From the sequence record MZ234013.1: DNA of 64,000 nt; one strand, written 5' to 3'. The translations under genes were made by a program, and so were the position numbers. A model generated the notes under the pieces. The model was not told the DNA's origin. It searched no databases and saw nothing but the letters and a program-made list of their open reading frames with translations. The DNA comes from Escherichia phage vB_EcoM-101112UKE3-1. Each line of letters starts with the position of its first letter. Position 1 is the stretch's first letter. Positions 39,067-49,136 of this stretch are shown piece after piece.

Positions 39067-39552
39067 ATGGAAGCAATTTTGTTTGAAATGTTTATCAATA
39101 GTATTAGTATGGCGTTTGTCAAGGATGTTCCAATTACCGTAGCAGTAATGATTGATAAAAGATATGACAATAACATGTATCTAGTAGAAGATTTTATTTC
39201 AATGCCAATTCCAGAAGATGTTGAAATAAAACTTAAAAAGATCGGAATTATTGAAACTGTACAAAATTCTCCATTTATGGCAATTCAAGCATTTACTAAA
39301 TCTAACTATATTGATGTTAGTGAAGCATATTATAATAATAAACCGTTATCCTTCTATTCATATGATTCAATATATGATTGGAAAATAGATAAAGGAAATA
39401 AATTTATAATTACGGACGAAAGTGCGCTATCATATTTTATTACCTCTTTATGGAATAAGTTAAATCCAAATTTACTAAAAATTCATAAATTTGACGATGC
39501 TCCTACTATTGTTTTAGGTAAAATAAATGAAAGCTCCCAAGAAGATTCTTGA
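39067..39552 (+). CDS. hypothetical protein (161 aa; size/position compatible with T4 mrh)
   Basis: ATG 39067 after TGAGGAAAATT; identity tentative. Confidence 0.4.
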   Translation: MEAILFEMFINSISMAFVKDVPITVAVMIDKRYDNNMYLVEDFISMPIPEDVEIKLKKIGIIETVQNSPFMAIQAFTKSNYIDVSEAYYNNKPLSFYSYDSIYDWKIDKGNKFIITDESALSYFITSLWNKLNPNLLKIHKFDDAPTIVLGKINESSQEDS

Positions 39553-39730
39553 ATGGTTCAATAGACCAAACTCAATGTATATTGACGATGGTTGGGTTGA
39601 ACAAGCAAATAAAGAAATGCAGAACGAATCGGAAGAATGGATGAAATCAATGATTAGTGCTGAGAAAGAAAAGAAATTAGAACGCTCAGCGCTTAAATTG
39701 ATGAGAGACATCTATGGTGATAAATCATGA
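39527..39730 (+). CDS. hypothetical protein (67 aa)
   Basis: ORF track. Confidence 0.3.
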   Translation: MKAPKKILEWFNRPNSMYIDDGWVEQANKEMQNESEEWMKSMISAEKEKKLERSALKLMRDIYGDKS

Positions 39731-39891
39731 ACAAAGATATAACGTTAGAAGAGGCTAAAGCAAAAGCAAATGAAGCACTGGATTTGCTTCTTAAAATTGG
39801 CAGTAAAATGATGGAAGAAAATGAGAAATATATCCAGGAAAACAAAATTCCCGATGGTCCATTAGTAGGCAAAAGGAAATCACATGATTGA
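39727..39891 (+). CDS. hypothetical protein (54 aa)
   Basis: ATG 39727 overlapping upstream stop. Confidence 0.3.
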   Translation: MNKDITLEEAKAKANEALDLLLKIGSKMMEENEKYIQENKIPDGPLVGKRKSHD

Positions 39892-40366
39892 AGTAGCAAA
39901 ACATTATTCAGTAGAATTCATGTCTAAAGAAGGTAAATCAGTAAATACTCTTGGTAAAAAATGCTCATTAATTATTCCTTTAGCAGAAAATCCGGATTTT
40001 TTAATTAAAGATATAAAAGAAAGAAAATATCCAGAAAATGTTATTCTAATTATAAAGCATACTGAAGATATTTTACAGAATACTGATTCACCGTTTTCTT
40101 CTTCTGAAGCTTTAACTATTAAAGGCTATAAAAGAGCTCATGAATATGGTCTTTTTGCCCTGTTTGAAGACGATAAAGTTAAATTAGCACTTAATTTAGC
40201 AGGTCAACCTTCTAAAAGTAAAACATTCATTATTGAAGATATTAAAGATATAAATGCATTTGTTAAGATGGTCTGGGCTCATTTTGATGTTGGACTACGC
40301 TGGAGAATATCTGAAGAAGAAAGAAAGATTATTGAAGCTAATCGTTATTTTGGTTTTTATCGCTAG
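39884..40366 (+). CDS. hypothetical protein (160 aa)
   Basis: ORF track. Confidence 0.45.
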   Translation: MIEVAKHYSVEFMSKEGKSVNTLGKKCSLIIPLAENPDFLIKDIKERKYPENVILIIKHTEDILQNTDSPFSSSEALTIKGYKRAHEYGLFALFEDDKVKLALNLAGQPSKSKTFIIEDIKDINAFVKMVWAHFDVGLRWRISEEERKIIEANRYFGFYR

Positions 40367-40374
40367 GAATTAAT

Positions 40375-40557
40375 ATGGATTTATTTGAGATGTTAGAAGA
40401 TAATCATTCTACGAATATCCAGAATGATTCTAGTGATTATAAGAAAGAGTACCGTATAGTATTACAGAATTATGGAATTGAAGCCCCAGATGCTCTTCTA
40501 GAAGAACTAGCTTCATACCATCTTGACCCTCCGCCTTGGGCTCCCTGGGCAAAATAA
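40375..40557 (+). CDS. hypothetical acidic protein (60 aa)
   Basis: ORF track. Confidence 0.35.
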   Translation: MDLFEMLEDNHSTNIQNDSSDYKKEYRIVLQNYGIEAPDALLEELASYHLDPPPWAPWAK

Positions 40558-40568
40558 TTCAAAAAGTT

Positions 40569-40598
40569 GTTTACTTTCCTTCCTAACAATGATATGAT
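40569..40598 (+). promoter_or_regulatory. T4 early-type promoter
   Basis: GTTTAC 40569-40574, TATGAT 40593-40598. Confidence 0.55.
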
Positions 40599-40624
40599 AG
40601 CTTCTGAAGTATATGGAGGCTATC

Positions 40625-41248
40625 ATGATTATTAATCTCGCAGATGTTGAACAGTTATCTATAAAAGCTGAAAGTGTCGATTTTCAATATGATATGTACA
40701 AAAAGGTCTGTGAAAAATTTACTGACTTTGAACAGTCAGTTCTTTGGCAGTGTATGGAAGCCAAAAAGAATGAAGCTCTTCATCGGCAGTTGAATAAAAT
40801 CGTTAAAAAGCATTTAACTAAATCGCCTTATCAGCTATATCGTGGTATATCAAAATCGACAAAAGAACTCATTAAAGATTTACAAGTTGGAGAAGTGTTT
40901 TCAACGAACAGAGTAGATTCATTTACTACTAGTTTGCACACAGCATGTGGTTTTTCTTATGTTGAGTATTTCACTGAAATAATATTTCGCTTAAAAACTG
41001 ATAAAGCTTTTAATTATTCTGACCATATCAGCGATATTATACTTTCTTCTCCTAATACTGAATTTAAGTATACATATGAAGATACTGATGGATTAGATTC
41101 AGAACGTACTGATAACTTAATGATGATTGTACGTGAACAAGAATGGATGATTCCAATTGGAAAGTATAAAATAACTTCTATTTCAAAAGAAAAATTACAC
41201 GATTCATTTGGAACATTTAAAGTGTATGATATTGAGGTAGTTGAATGA
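40625..41248 (+). CDS. modB: ADP-ribosyltransferase ModB
   Basis: 207 aa from ATG 40625 (GGAGG 5 nt upstream); R-S-E-type motifs (LYRG, STNR, EQEWMIP). Confidence 0.7.
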   Translation: MIINLADVEQLSIKAESVDFQYDMYKKVCEKFTDFEQSVLWQCMEAKKNEALHRQLNKIVKKHLTKSPYQLYRGISKSTKELIKDLQVGEVFSTNRVDSFTTSLHTACGFSYVEYFTEIIFRLKTDKAFNYSDHISDIILSSPNTEFKYTYEDTDGLDSERTDNLMMIVREQEWMIPIGKYKITSISKEKLHDSFGTFKVYDIEVVE

Positions 41249-41847
41249 AATATTCAGCAATGCAATTAAAAGATTTTAAAATCAAATCAATGGATGCATC
41301 TGTGCGTGCTTCTATTCGTGAAGAATTACTTTCCGAAGGATTTAATTTATCTGAAATTGAACTTTTAATTCATTGTATTACTAATAAACCAGACGATCAT
41401 TCTTGGTTAAATGAAATAGTCAAATCTCGTTTGGTTCCAAACGATAAACCTCTTTGGAGAGGTGTTCCAGTTGAGACTAAACAGGTGTTAAATCAAGGAA
41501 TTGATATTATTACATTTGATAAAGTAGTATCAGCTTCATATGATAAAAATATAGCTCTACATTTTGCTTCTGGATTAGAATACAACACACAAGTTATTTT
41601 TGAATTCAAAGCTCCTATGGTGTTTAATTTCCAGGAGTATGCTATAAAAGCTCTACGCTGTAAAGAATACAATCCAAACTTTAAGTTTCCGGATAGTCAT
41701 CGTTATCGTAATATGGAATTAGTTTCAGATGAACAAGAAGTAATGATACCAGCTGGAAGTGTATTTAGAATTGCAGATAGATATGAGTATAAAAAGTGTT
41801 CAACATACACTATCTATACTCTTGATTTTGAAGGATTTAATCTATAA
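41245..41847 (+). CDS. modA: ADP-ribosyltransferase ModA
   Basis: 200 aa; motifs PLWRG, SASYD, EQEVMIP; ATGA overlap with modB. Confidence 0.7.
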   Translation: MKYSAMQLKDFKIKSMDASVRASIREELLSEGFNLSEIELLIHCITNKPDDHSWLNEIVKSRLVPNDKPLWRGVPVETKQVLNQGIDIITFDKVVSASYDKNIALHFASGLEYNTQVIFEFKAPMVFNFQEYAIKALRCKEYNPNFKFPDSHRYRNMELVSDEQEVMIPAGSVFRIADRYEYKKCSTYTIYTLDFEGFNL

Positions 41848-41904
41848 TGGAAGGACTTAGATTCATTATACCATGAAATTTTTAAAGCATTTTTACATAA
41901 AGTT

Positions 41905-41934
41905 GTTTACAATCTGAAGTAAAAATGTTATAGT
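41905..41934 (+). promoter_or_regulatory. T4 early-type promoter
   Basis: GTTTAC 41905-41910, TATAGT 41929-41934. Confidence 0.55.
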
Positions 41935-41972
41935 AATAAAGTATTAAATCGTCCGTAAGATGTGAGAAAAAT

Positions 41973-42719
41973 ATGAAGCTGTCTAATAACCAAATTCGTA
42001 AAATTAAACGTCGTCTAGAGCATACTCAGGCATCTGCAAAAAGACGTTCTAAAGATTTTAACTTAGACTTCAATTACATTAAGAACATTTTAGATCAGAA
42101 AGTTTGTGCTTACTCAGGAGAACCTTTTGATAATCGTGTTGAAGGAGAGAAATTATCATTAGAACGTTTTGATAATAACGTTGGATACATTAAAGGGAAT
42201 GTTATTGCAGTAAAGAAAAAGTATAATACATTTCGTTCTGATTATACTTTAGAAGAGTTGATTGAAAAGCGTGATTTATTTGCTTTGCGAATTGGTCGTT
42301 CATCTGCGAAAAAAGTTCATAAACTAAATTTAGATGAAAAGAAATGGGCTAAAATCAAAAAGACTTATAATCAAATTAAAGCTATACAGAAAAAACGTGA
42401 AAACCGAATTGAACACATTTCTCAGCTTTCTAAATCAAAACAGACCTCTGACATTAAGCTAAGGATTATAGCACTTAAAGCTCGTATTGATGGTTCTCAC
42501 ATAGCAGAAGGCGCTGAAGTTGTTAAATTGAACGTTCTTCTTAAAGGCTCGGATTGGAAAATTGTGAAAAAGTTGTCAGAAGCAGAAATGCAATATGATA
42601 TGTGTGATAAAATTATTCAAGGTGTAGAGCGGTATCAAAATTTGTCTTTTATTGATAAACTTAAACTGAAAAGAGGATACCCGCTAAATTGTTCAATTTT
42701 TAAACTTATCCGAGGATAA
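41973..42719 (+). CDS. basic protein (248 aa), possibly Srd
   Basis: Position between modA and dda where T4 carries srd; Lys/Arg-rich; identity tentative. Confidence 0.45.
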   Translation: MKLSNNQIRKIKRRLEHTQASAKRRSKDFNLDFNYIKNILDQKVCAYSGEPFDNRVEGEKLSLERFDNNVGYIKGNVIAVKKKYNTFRSDYTLEELIEKRDLFALRIGRSSAKKVHKLNLDEKKWAKIKKTYNQIKAIQKKRENRIEHISQLSKSKQTSDIKLRIIALKARIDGSHIAEGAEVVKLNVLLKGSDWKIVKKLSEAEMQYDMCDKIIQGVERYQNLSFIDKLKLKRGYPLNCSIFKLIRG

Positions 42720-42720
42720 T

Positions 42721-43032
42721 ATGGTTTATGTATATGCGATAGTTTACCGAGACAAAGACGGATTTACGGCGCCAGTTCCGCTTGATGAACATCGTCCTGC
42801 TGTATTTTTTGAAAGGGAGATTGCTGATAAAGTATTTACTACTCTTAAAGAGCAGTATCGACTAGCTTTAGGTATGGGAATTCCGAGATTAGTTGAGACT
42901 CCACGCAAGTTTTGGTTTAATAAAATAGAAGTTAAACATGTTAAGCCTGATGTAGACACACAAAGATTATATCGGCGAATTTTAGATACTGGGCGTATTG
43001 TTAGTATACCAATTGCAGGGAATTTACGATGA
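42721..43032 (+). CDS. hypothetical protein (103 aa)
   Basis: ORF track; overlaps dda start. Confidence 0.4.
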   Translation: MVYVYAIVYRDKDGFTAPVPLDEHRPAVFFEREIADKVFTTLKEQYRLALGMGIPRLVETPRKFWFNKIEVKHVKPDVDTQRLYRRILDTGRIVSIPIAGNLR

Positions 43033-44348
43033 CATTTGATGATTTGACCGAAGGCCAGAAAAATGCCTTTAACATTGTTATGAAGGCTATTAAAGAAAAG
43101 AAACATCATGTAACTATTAATGGACCTGCTGGTACCGGTAAGACTACTCTTACTAAGTTCATCATTGAAGCTTTAATATCTACGGGTGAAACTGGTATTA
43201 TTTTAGCAGCTCCTACTCATGCGGCTAAAAAGATTCTTTCAAAACTATCAGGGAAAGAAGCAAGTACTATTCATAGCATTCTTAAAATTAACCCAGTAAC
43301 ATATGAAGAAAACGTTCTTTTTGAACAAAAAGAAGTACCGGATTTAGCTAAATGCAGAGTATTAATCTGCGACGAAGTGTCAATGTATGATAGAAAGCTA
43401 TTTAAAATTCTGCTTTCAACTATCCCGCCGTGGTGTACTATAATTGGAATAGGTGATAATAAGCAGATTAGACCTGTTGACCCAGGAGAAAACACTGCTT
43501 ATATCAGTCCATTCTTTACACACAAAGATTTTTATCAGTGTGAACTCACTGAAGTTAAACGCAGTAATGCTCCTATTATTGATGTAGCTACTGACGTTCG
43601 TAACGGTAAGTGGATTTATGATAAAATTGTTGACGGGCATGGAGTACGTGGATTTACAGGTGATACCGCTTTACGCGATTTTATGGTAAATTATTTTTCA
43701 ATCGTAAAATCACTAGATGATTTGTTTGAAAATCGCGTAATGGCATTTACGAATAAATCTGTTGATAAGTTAAATAGCATCATTCGTAAAAAGATTTTTG
43801 AAACTGATAAAGATTTTATTGTCGGTGAAATTATTGTAATGCAGGAACCATTAATTAAAACATATAAAATTGATGGAAAGCCTGTGTCAGAAATTATTTT
43901 TAATAACGGACAATTAGTTCGTATTATAGAAGCAGAGTATACATCGACGTTTGTTAAAGCTCGTGGTGTTCCTGGAGAATATCTAATTCGTCATTGGGAT
44001 TTAACAGTAGAAACTTATGGCGATGATGAATATTATCGTGAAAAGATTAAAATAATTTCATCTGATGAAGAACTGTATAAGTTTAACCTATTTTTAGGTA
44101 AAACGGCAGAAACTTATAAAAATTGGAACAAAGGCGGAAAAGCTCCATGGAGTGATTTTTGGGATGCTAAATCACAGTTTAGTAAAGTGAAAGCACTTCC
44201 TGCATCAACATTCCATAAAGCACAGGGCATGTCTGTAGACCGTGCTTTCATTTATACGCCTTGTATTCATTACGCAGATGCTGAATTGGCTCAACAACTT
44301 CTTTATGTTGGTGTCACCCGTGGTCGTTATGATGTATTTTATGTGTGA
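43029..44348 (+). CDS. dda: DNA helicase Dda (SF1B)
   Basis: 439 aa; Walker A GPAGTGKT. Confidence 0.95.
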   Translation: MTFDDLTEGQKNAFNIVMKAIKEKKHHVTINGPAGTGKTTLTKFIIEALISTGETGIILAAPTHAAKKILSKLSGKEASTIHSILKINPVTYEENVLFEQKEVPDLAKCRVLICDEVSMYDRKLFKILLSTIPPWCTIIGIGDNKQIRPVDPGENTAYISPFFTHKDFYQCELTEVKRSNAPIIDVATDVRNGKWIYDKIVDGHGVRGFTGDTALRDFMVNYFSIVKSLDDLFENRVMAFTNKSVDKLNSIIRKKIFETDKDFIVGEIIVMQEPLIKTYKIDGKPVSEIIFNNGQLVRIIEAEYTSTFVKARGVPGEYLIRHWDLTVETYGDDEYYREKIKIISSDEELYKFNLFLGKTAETYKNWNKGGKAPWSDFWDAKSQFSKVKALPASTFHKAQGMSVDRAFIYTPCIHYADAELAQQLLYVGVTRGRYDVFYV

Positions 44349-44354
44349 GGATAT

Positions 44355-44615
44355 ATGATTAACATCAATTCAAAATATTTAAATCGTCTAATAGATGGTA
44401 TAAGGAAGCATACTAATAAGCAAGATAATCTTAATGTTATGGTAACAGGAGCTGAGCTCCTTCATAAGCTTTATCTTATAAGTGATACTATATTAGCAAT
44501 TAAACGAATTGAAAAACAATCATATCACAGTAATACAGATACGGTAATTACACTAGATGAAAGTGTCTGTAAATTACTAATTAAATTTGAGGAAGCTATT
44601 CGTGGAAATAACTAA
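44355..44615 (+). CDS. hypothetical protein (86 aa)
   Basis: ORF track. Confidence 0.4.
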   Translation: MININSKYLNRLIDGIRKHTNKQDNLNVMVTGAELLHKLYLISDTILAIKRIEKQSYHSNTDTVITLDESVCKLLIKFEEAIRGNN

Positions 44616-44847
44616 AGATCAGTTTTATCTTCTTCAGGATAAAGTTAGCGAAATTTATGAAATAGCTTATAGCAAAAATCGCAAAAATGTGAAAACTGAA
44701 TCAGGCAAGTTAATGCTTCAATTAGAAGAAATTGAACGAGATTTAATTGCGTTAGAATTCTTTTGTGGTGAAGTGAAAACTGTTACAATCAGTGATTATG
44801 TTTTAGGCGAAATTAGCCATCTTTATAAGGCGATTATTAATGATTGA
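44587..44847 (+). CDS. hypothetical protein (86 aa), paralog of next ORF
   Basis: Shares LEEIxxDLxxxxxF...DYxxGxI pattern with 44840 ORF. Confidence 0.4.
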   Translation: MRKLFVEITKDQFYLLQDKVSEIYEIAYSKNRKNVKTESGKLMLQLEEIERDLIALEFFCGEVKTVTISDYVLGEISHLYKAIIND

Positions 44848-45082
44848 ATTAAGTTGGTATCAGTTTAAATCTCTTATGGCAAATGTTAAAGCTGTCATTG
44901 AAGAAAATCAGGGTCCTGAAAATATTACTATTCGCGAAAAAGCTTTAAAGATAGTATACAGTCTTGAAGAAATACAAAAAGATATTGAATCTATGGCAAA
45001 ATTTATTGATGAACCTATTAATAAAGTTTATATTCAAGATTATACTGTAGGTCAAATTCGCGATTTAGCAAGGAAAATTTAA
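44840..45082 (+). CDS. hypothetical protein (80 aa), paralog of previous ORF
   Basis: ORF track. Confidence 0.4.
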   Translation: MIELSWYQFKSLMANVKAVIEENQGPENITIREKALKIVYSLEEIQKDIESMAKFIDEPINKVYIQDYTVGQIRDLARKI

Positions 45083-45765
45083 TGTTTGATTTTATTATAG
45101 ATTTTGAAACAATGGGAAGCGGCGAAAAGGCAGCTGTTATTGATTTAGCTGTAATTGCTTTTGACCCTAACCCAGAAGTAGTTGAAACATTTGATGAATT
45201 AGTTTCACGCGGCATTAAAATCAAATTTGATTTAAAAAGCCAAAAAGGACATCGTCTTTTTACTAAAAGCACTATTGAATGGTGGAAGAACCAATCTCCT
45301 GAAGCTAGAAAAAATATTGCACCATCAGATGAAGATGTAAGCACTATCGATGGTATTGCAAAATTTAATGATTACATCAATGCACATAATATCGATCCTT
45401 GGAAATCTCAAGGCTGGTGCCGTGGAATGTCGTTTGATTTTCCAATTTTAGTCGATCTCATTCGTGATATTCAACGTCTTAATGGTGTTTCTGAGAATGA
45501 ACTTGACACATTTAAGTTAGAACCATGTAAATTCTGGAATCAGCGTGATATTCGTACCAGAATTGAAGCACTTCTGCTTGTTCGTGATATGACCACGTGT
45601 CCTCTTCCAAAAGGAACTTTAGATGGATTCGTTGCGCATGATTCTATTCATGACTGTGCGAAAGACATCCTGATGATGAAGTACGCTTTGCGATATGCTA
45701 TGGGTCTTGAAGATGCTCCATCAGAGGAAGATTGCGATCCTCTATCTCTTCCAACAAAACGATAA
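45082..45765 (+). CDS. dexA: exonuclease A (DexA)
   Basis: 227 aa; size and position downstream of dda. Confidence 0.85.
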   Translation: MFDFIIDFETMGSGEKAAVIDLAVIAFDPNPEVVETFDELVSRGIKIKFDLKSQKGHRLFTKSTIEWWKNQSPEARKNIAPSDEDVSTIDGIAKFNDYINAHNIDPWKSQGWCRGMSFDFPILVDLIRDIQRLNGVSENELDTFKLEPCKFWNQRDIRTRIEALLLVRDMTTCPLPKGTLDGFVAHDSIHDCAKDILMMKYALRYAMGLEDAPSEEDCDPLSLPTKR

Positions 45766-45771
45766 AAAGTT

Positions 45772-45801
45772 GTTTACTTCCTCGGTTAGTTGTGGTATTA
45801 T
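45772..45801 (+). promoter_or_regulatory. T4 early-type promoter
   Basis: GTTTAC 45772-45777, TGTGG, TATTAT 45796-45801. Confidence 0.6.
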
Positions 45802-45828
45802 AACACCATAGCTACTGAGGATAATAAA

Positions 45829-46329
45829 ATGAAAATTTATCGTGTTGAATCATCGTTTAGTATTCTTGATTATGAAGATGCTATAACAATACGTCGAAAT
45901 CTTTGTGTTCAAATAACGCCGTACAGGAGTATAATAGATTCATGGAGCGAAGAGTGGCTATTACACGTAGGTTATGACAGACCTAATTTTATGCATCATA
46001 GCGATAATAATAAAAGAATTCCTTTACCACACGAAGATAAACTATTAGTTAAAAACGCTAATATAGTAATTAATACTAAGTTCAAGAAAGATTATGTTGG
46101 AGTAGAATATCATATTCCAGGATGGTTTATAGGTCTTTATCATTTTGCTTTCGCTAGTGAATATGATATGATGAGATGGTTCACACGAGAAGAGCGGGAA
46201 GAATTATCTTCTAAAGGATTTTATCTCGCTGTATACGAAGTTCCTGAAGATGAAGTTATCATTGGTGGGCACCAAGTAATGTTCCGCAAATCGCATGCTG
46301 AACTCGTAGATTTTATTGAAATGAGATAA
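45829..46329 (+). CDS. hypothetical protein (166 aa)
   Basis: ATG 45829 downstream of promoter. Confidence 0.45.
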   Translation: MKIYRVESSFSILDYEDAITIRRNLCVQITPYRSIIDSWSEEWLLHVGYDRPNFMHHSDNNKRIPLPHEDKLLVKNANIVINTKFKKDYVGVEYHIPGWFIGLYHFAFASEYDMMRWFTREEREELSSKGFYLAVYEVPEDEVIIGGHQVMFRKSHAELVDFIEMR

Positions 46330-46331
46330 TT

Positions 46332-46880
46332 ATGAAATTTAATTATAATCCTGAATACATACCAAATCCGGTAGCTAAACTGATTGATTTTGATGTTGTA
46401 AGCACTTATGTATGCCCTGTTAAACCACTGGAAATTAAGGAACCTACTATGACTACCGCTATTGAAATCGGCAAAACCTACAAACTGGTTGAACCTAAAA
46501 TTAAAACTAATGCCTTGATTTCTGGTCATAAAACTCTGACTGATGTTTTTGGCGAAGGCGAATTTATTGTTGAAGAATTTGCCAAAAGTGAGTGGTTTGA
46601 CAAATCTTACGTCATCCACGGTCGCCGGTTAGATAATAACAAAATAAAGAAAAACCTGGTTTATGAAGATGAGTTCATCCTGTTCCAAGAAGTTGAAGAA
46701 CAAGACCCTACAGACCTGTTGTGTGCTGCTGTGTCTATCCGTCGTCCTTTTGATAATCCTATCTGTGGTTGGGTAACAGACCAGTGGATTGAAGATGGCG
46801 TTGAACTTCTGAACGTAGTTCATGCTGGAGAATACTCTGTAGTTCCTCGTAGCGCAGTGATTAATGTTCGTGTAAGCTAG
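46332..46880 (+). CDS. hypothetical protein (182 aa), paralog pair member
   Basis: C-terminal CGWVTDQWIEDGVEL motif shared with 46954 ORF. Confidence 0.45.
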   Translation: MKFNYNPEYIPNPVAKLIDFDVVSTYVCPVKPLEIKEPTMTTAIEIGKTYKLVEPKIKTNALISGHKTLTDVFGEGEFIVEEFAKSEWFDKSYVIHGRRLDNNKIKKNLVYEDEFILFQEVEEQDPTDLLCAAVSIRRPFDNPICGWVTDQWIEDGVELLNVVHAGEYSVVPRSAVINVRVS

Positions 46881-46909
46881 TTTACAAACTCTTGGGACCA
46901 GAGTATAAT
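46880..46909 (+). promoter_or_regulatory. T4 early-type promoter with inverted repeat around -10
   Basis: GTTTAC 46880-46885, TATAAT 46904-46909, flanked by GGACCA/TGGTCC. Confidence 0.6.
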
Positions 46910-46953
46910 GGTCCTGTGGAGTATAAAATCTTTTTAACAAGTGAGAGATAATT

Positions 46954-47445
46954 ATGAATATTAATATCGGTGAAATTGCTCGTGTATCTGATAAATCCCG
47001 TTCTAAAGCAGCAGGAAAATTGGTCGAAGTTGTAAGCATTCAGCTTAAACACGGTGTTAAAGATGAAGATTCTGAAGTAAAAGTACGTATCATTGCTAAA
47101 GATGGAATGTCTAAGCCCCAGTTTGGTTATGTTCGATGGAAATTTCTTGAGCCTGCGTTTTTGAAAGCTGTTCCTGCTAAAGGAATTGAAACGATTGATA
47201 CTTCGCATGTAGGTGTAGACTTTAAGTGGAAACTTGGTCAAGCTATCAAGTTCATTGCTCCTTATGAGTTTGAATTTATCGAAGGTGGACAACCACTTCC
47301 TCGGCGTACTCGCGCTATGTGTGCATACATTACTGATCAATGGGTAGAAGATGGCGTTAAGTTATACAACGCGGTATTTTTAGGAACATACAAAGTCATT
47401 CCTGAAAGTTGGATTAAACACTACAGCAAAGCTCGCTATGCATAA
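46954..47445 (+). CDS. hypothetical protein (163 aa), paralog pair member
   Basis: C-terminal CAYITDQWVEDGVKL motif. Confidence 0.45.
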   Translation: MNINIGEIARVSDKSRSKAAGKLVEVVSIQLKHGVKDEDSEVKVRIIAKDGMSKPQFGYVRWKFLEPAFLKAVPAKGIETIDTSHVGVDFKWKLGQAIKFIAPYEFEFIEGGQPLPRRTRAMCAYITDQWVEDGVKLYNAVFLGTYKVIPESWIKHYSKARYA

Positions 47446-47616
47446 AGTTTAAAATTTTTTCATAAAACTATATACATCAGTAGTTGATTATGGTACTATA
47501 TCAATATCAACTACTGATACAGAAAACAACTTGAAGAATAAAATGGATAATTCGTTAAAGGTGCGCTGATACTCTTCTGAAACGCATCGCTCCAATGTTC
47601 AATTAATGAGGAAATT

Positions 47617-47835
47617 ATGATGAAACGTAAAATTGTTCAGAATTGCACTAATGATGAATTTGAAGATGTATTATTCGATCCAGATTTGGTAGTAGTTCAA
47701 AAGGAACACACTATCAAGTTTACTCACTTGACTTCGGTTTATGTATATGAGAAAGTCGGTGATAAACAACCAATTTACGGTGTATTTCGTGAAATCACTG
47801 AAGATGGTACAACTTACTGGAAGGAAATTTATTAA
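47617..47835 (+). CDS. hypothetical protein (72 aa)
   Basis: ORF track; preceded by TGAGGAAATT junction. Confidence 0.4.
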   Translation: MMKRKIVQNCTNDEFEDVLFDPDLVVVQKEHTIKFTHLTSVYVYEKVGDKQPIYGVFREITEDGTTYWKEIY

Positions 47836-48248
47836 TGGCTATTAAATTTGAAGTTAATAAATGGTATCAATTTAAAAATAAACAAGCTCAAGAAAATTTT
47901 ATTAAAGACCATACTGATAACGGAATCTATGCACGCCGTTTAGGTATGCATCCTTTTAAAATTTTAGATGTGGATGCTCTTGGGCGTCCTATTAAAATTA
48001 TGTCATTTGCTGGAAATTTAGTACTATCTTCTGGTAAAGATATTTTGGATGAAGATTTTATTTGGCTTTCATCGAATGAAGCTGAATTCTTTAATGAAGT
48101 TGAAAATCCATACCAGGCAGCTGAAGAGCAGGAAGAATCTGCACCGATAACTGATCAATCTAAATTCCCTGTAATGAAAGTTACTATTGAAAATGATGAA
48201 CAGGCATGGTCCTTGTATCAGATGTTGAAAGCTCACTTTAAGGAATAA
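47835..48248 (+). CDS. hypothetical protein (137 aa)
   Basis: ORF track. Confidence 0.45.
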   Translation: MAIKFEVNKWYQFKNKQAQENFIKDHTDNGIYARRLGMHPFKILDVDALGRPIKIMSFAGNLVLSSGKDILDEDFIWLSSNEAEFFNEVENPYQAAEEQEESAPITDQSKFPVMKVTIENDEQAWSLYQMLKAHFKE

Positions 48249-48250
48249 TT

Positions 48251-48427
48251 ATGCCGCTTTATGATTATAAATGTCAATCAAAAGACTGCGCAAAAGAATA
48301 CGAAAAAATCAAGAAAATTTCTGAAAGAGATACTGATGTATGTCATGATTGTCATCGGATTGCTATTCGGTTAGTCTCTGCCCCTAAGCATGTGAATGGC
48401 GGATTTTACGACTTACTTAAAGGGTAA
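48251..48427 (+). CDS. small zinc-ribbon protein (58 aa)
   Basis: ATG 48251; CxxxxC...CHDC motif. Confidence 0.35.
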   Translation: MPLYDYKCQSKDCAKEYEKIKKISERDTDVCHDCHRIAIRLVSAPKHVNGGFYDLLKG

Positions 48428-48429
48428 TT

Positions 48430-48801
48430 ATGTTTAAAATCGGTAAGAAATATCGCATTCGCGAAGGTGAAGAAAAGAAATATCTATTTTCTGCTATTTA
48501 TAGGAATGGTTCTATTAATGCTGTAATATCTACAAGCGAATTTATCGTTGAAGATATGAAAGGTAATAACGTTACAATGATTAGTACAGCATCTGGAAAT
48601 GACGGAAAAATTCTTCACAGTTTTCAGAGTAATGTTCTAATATATGATGAAGAATTTGACTTCTTCGAAGAAGTTCCCGAAGATTTTGATTTTGAATGCG
48701 CTATTACTATGAAGTCTGGTGACCCTCTTTCTTTTACAGTTAAAGATGAAAGAAGTCGCTTGAGAGTTATTAGTCTTCTTCAAGTCATTAAATTTAAGTG
48801 A
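48430..48801 (+). CDS. hypothetical protein (123 aa)
   Basis: ORF track. Confidence 0.4.
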   Translation: MFKIGKKYRIREGEEKKYLFSAIYRNGSINAVISTSEFIVEDMKGNNVTMISTASGNDGKILHSFQSNVLIYDEEFDFFEEVPEDFDFECAITMKSGDPLSFTVKDERSRLRVISLLQVIKFK

Positions 48802-49067
48802 AAATTATGAAATATATTAATCGTTCTATCGCAGCATTAGTATTAGCAGTGTCTTTAATAGGATGTACTGATGCTGATAATGCAACCAAAGTTTTGTCTT
48901 CAAGTGGTTTTACTAATATTGAAATCACTGGATATAATTGGTTCGGTTGCTCTGAAAATGATTTCCAGCATACTGGATTTCGTGCTATTGGACCTACTGG
49001 GCAGAAAGTAGAAGGAACAGTATGTTCTGGACTATTCTTCAAGGATTCGACTATTCGTTTTAAATAA
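48798..49067 (+). CDS. putative lipoprotein (89 aa)
   Basis: Signal peptide with lipobox-like LIGC. Confidence 0.45.
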   Translation: MKIMKYINRSIAALVLAVSLIGCTDADNATKVLSSSGFTNIEITGYNWFGCSENDFQHTGFRAIGPTGQKVEGTVCSGLFFKDSTIRFK

Positions 49068-49086
49068 AAGGCCTTCGGGCCTTTAG
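49067..49086 (+). terminator. intrinsic terminator-like hairpin
   Basis: AAAGGCC-TTCG-GGCCTTT. Confidence 0.6.
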
Positions 49087-49136
49087 CTTTATGATTACCG
49101 GAGTATAATATTCCCGAAACCAAACGAGGATAAGTG

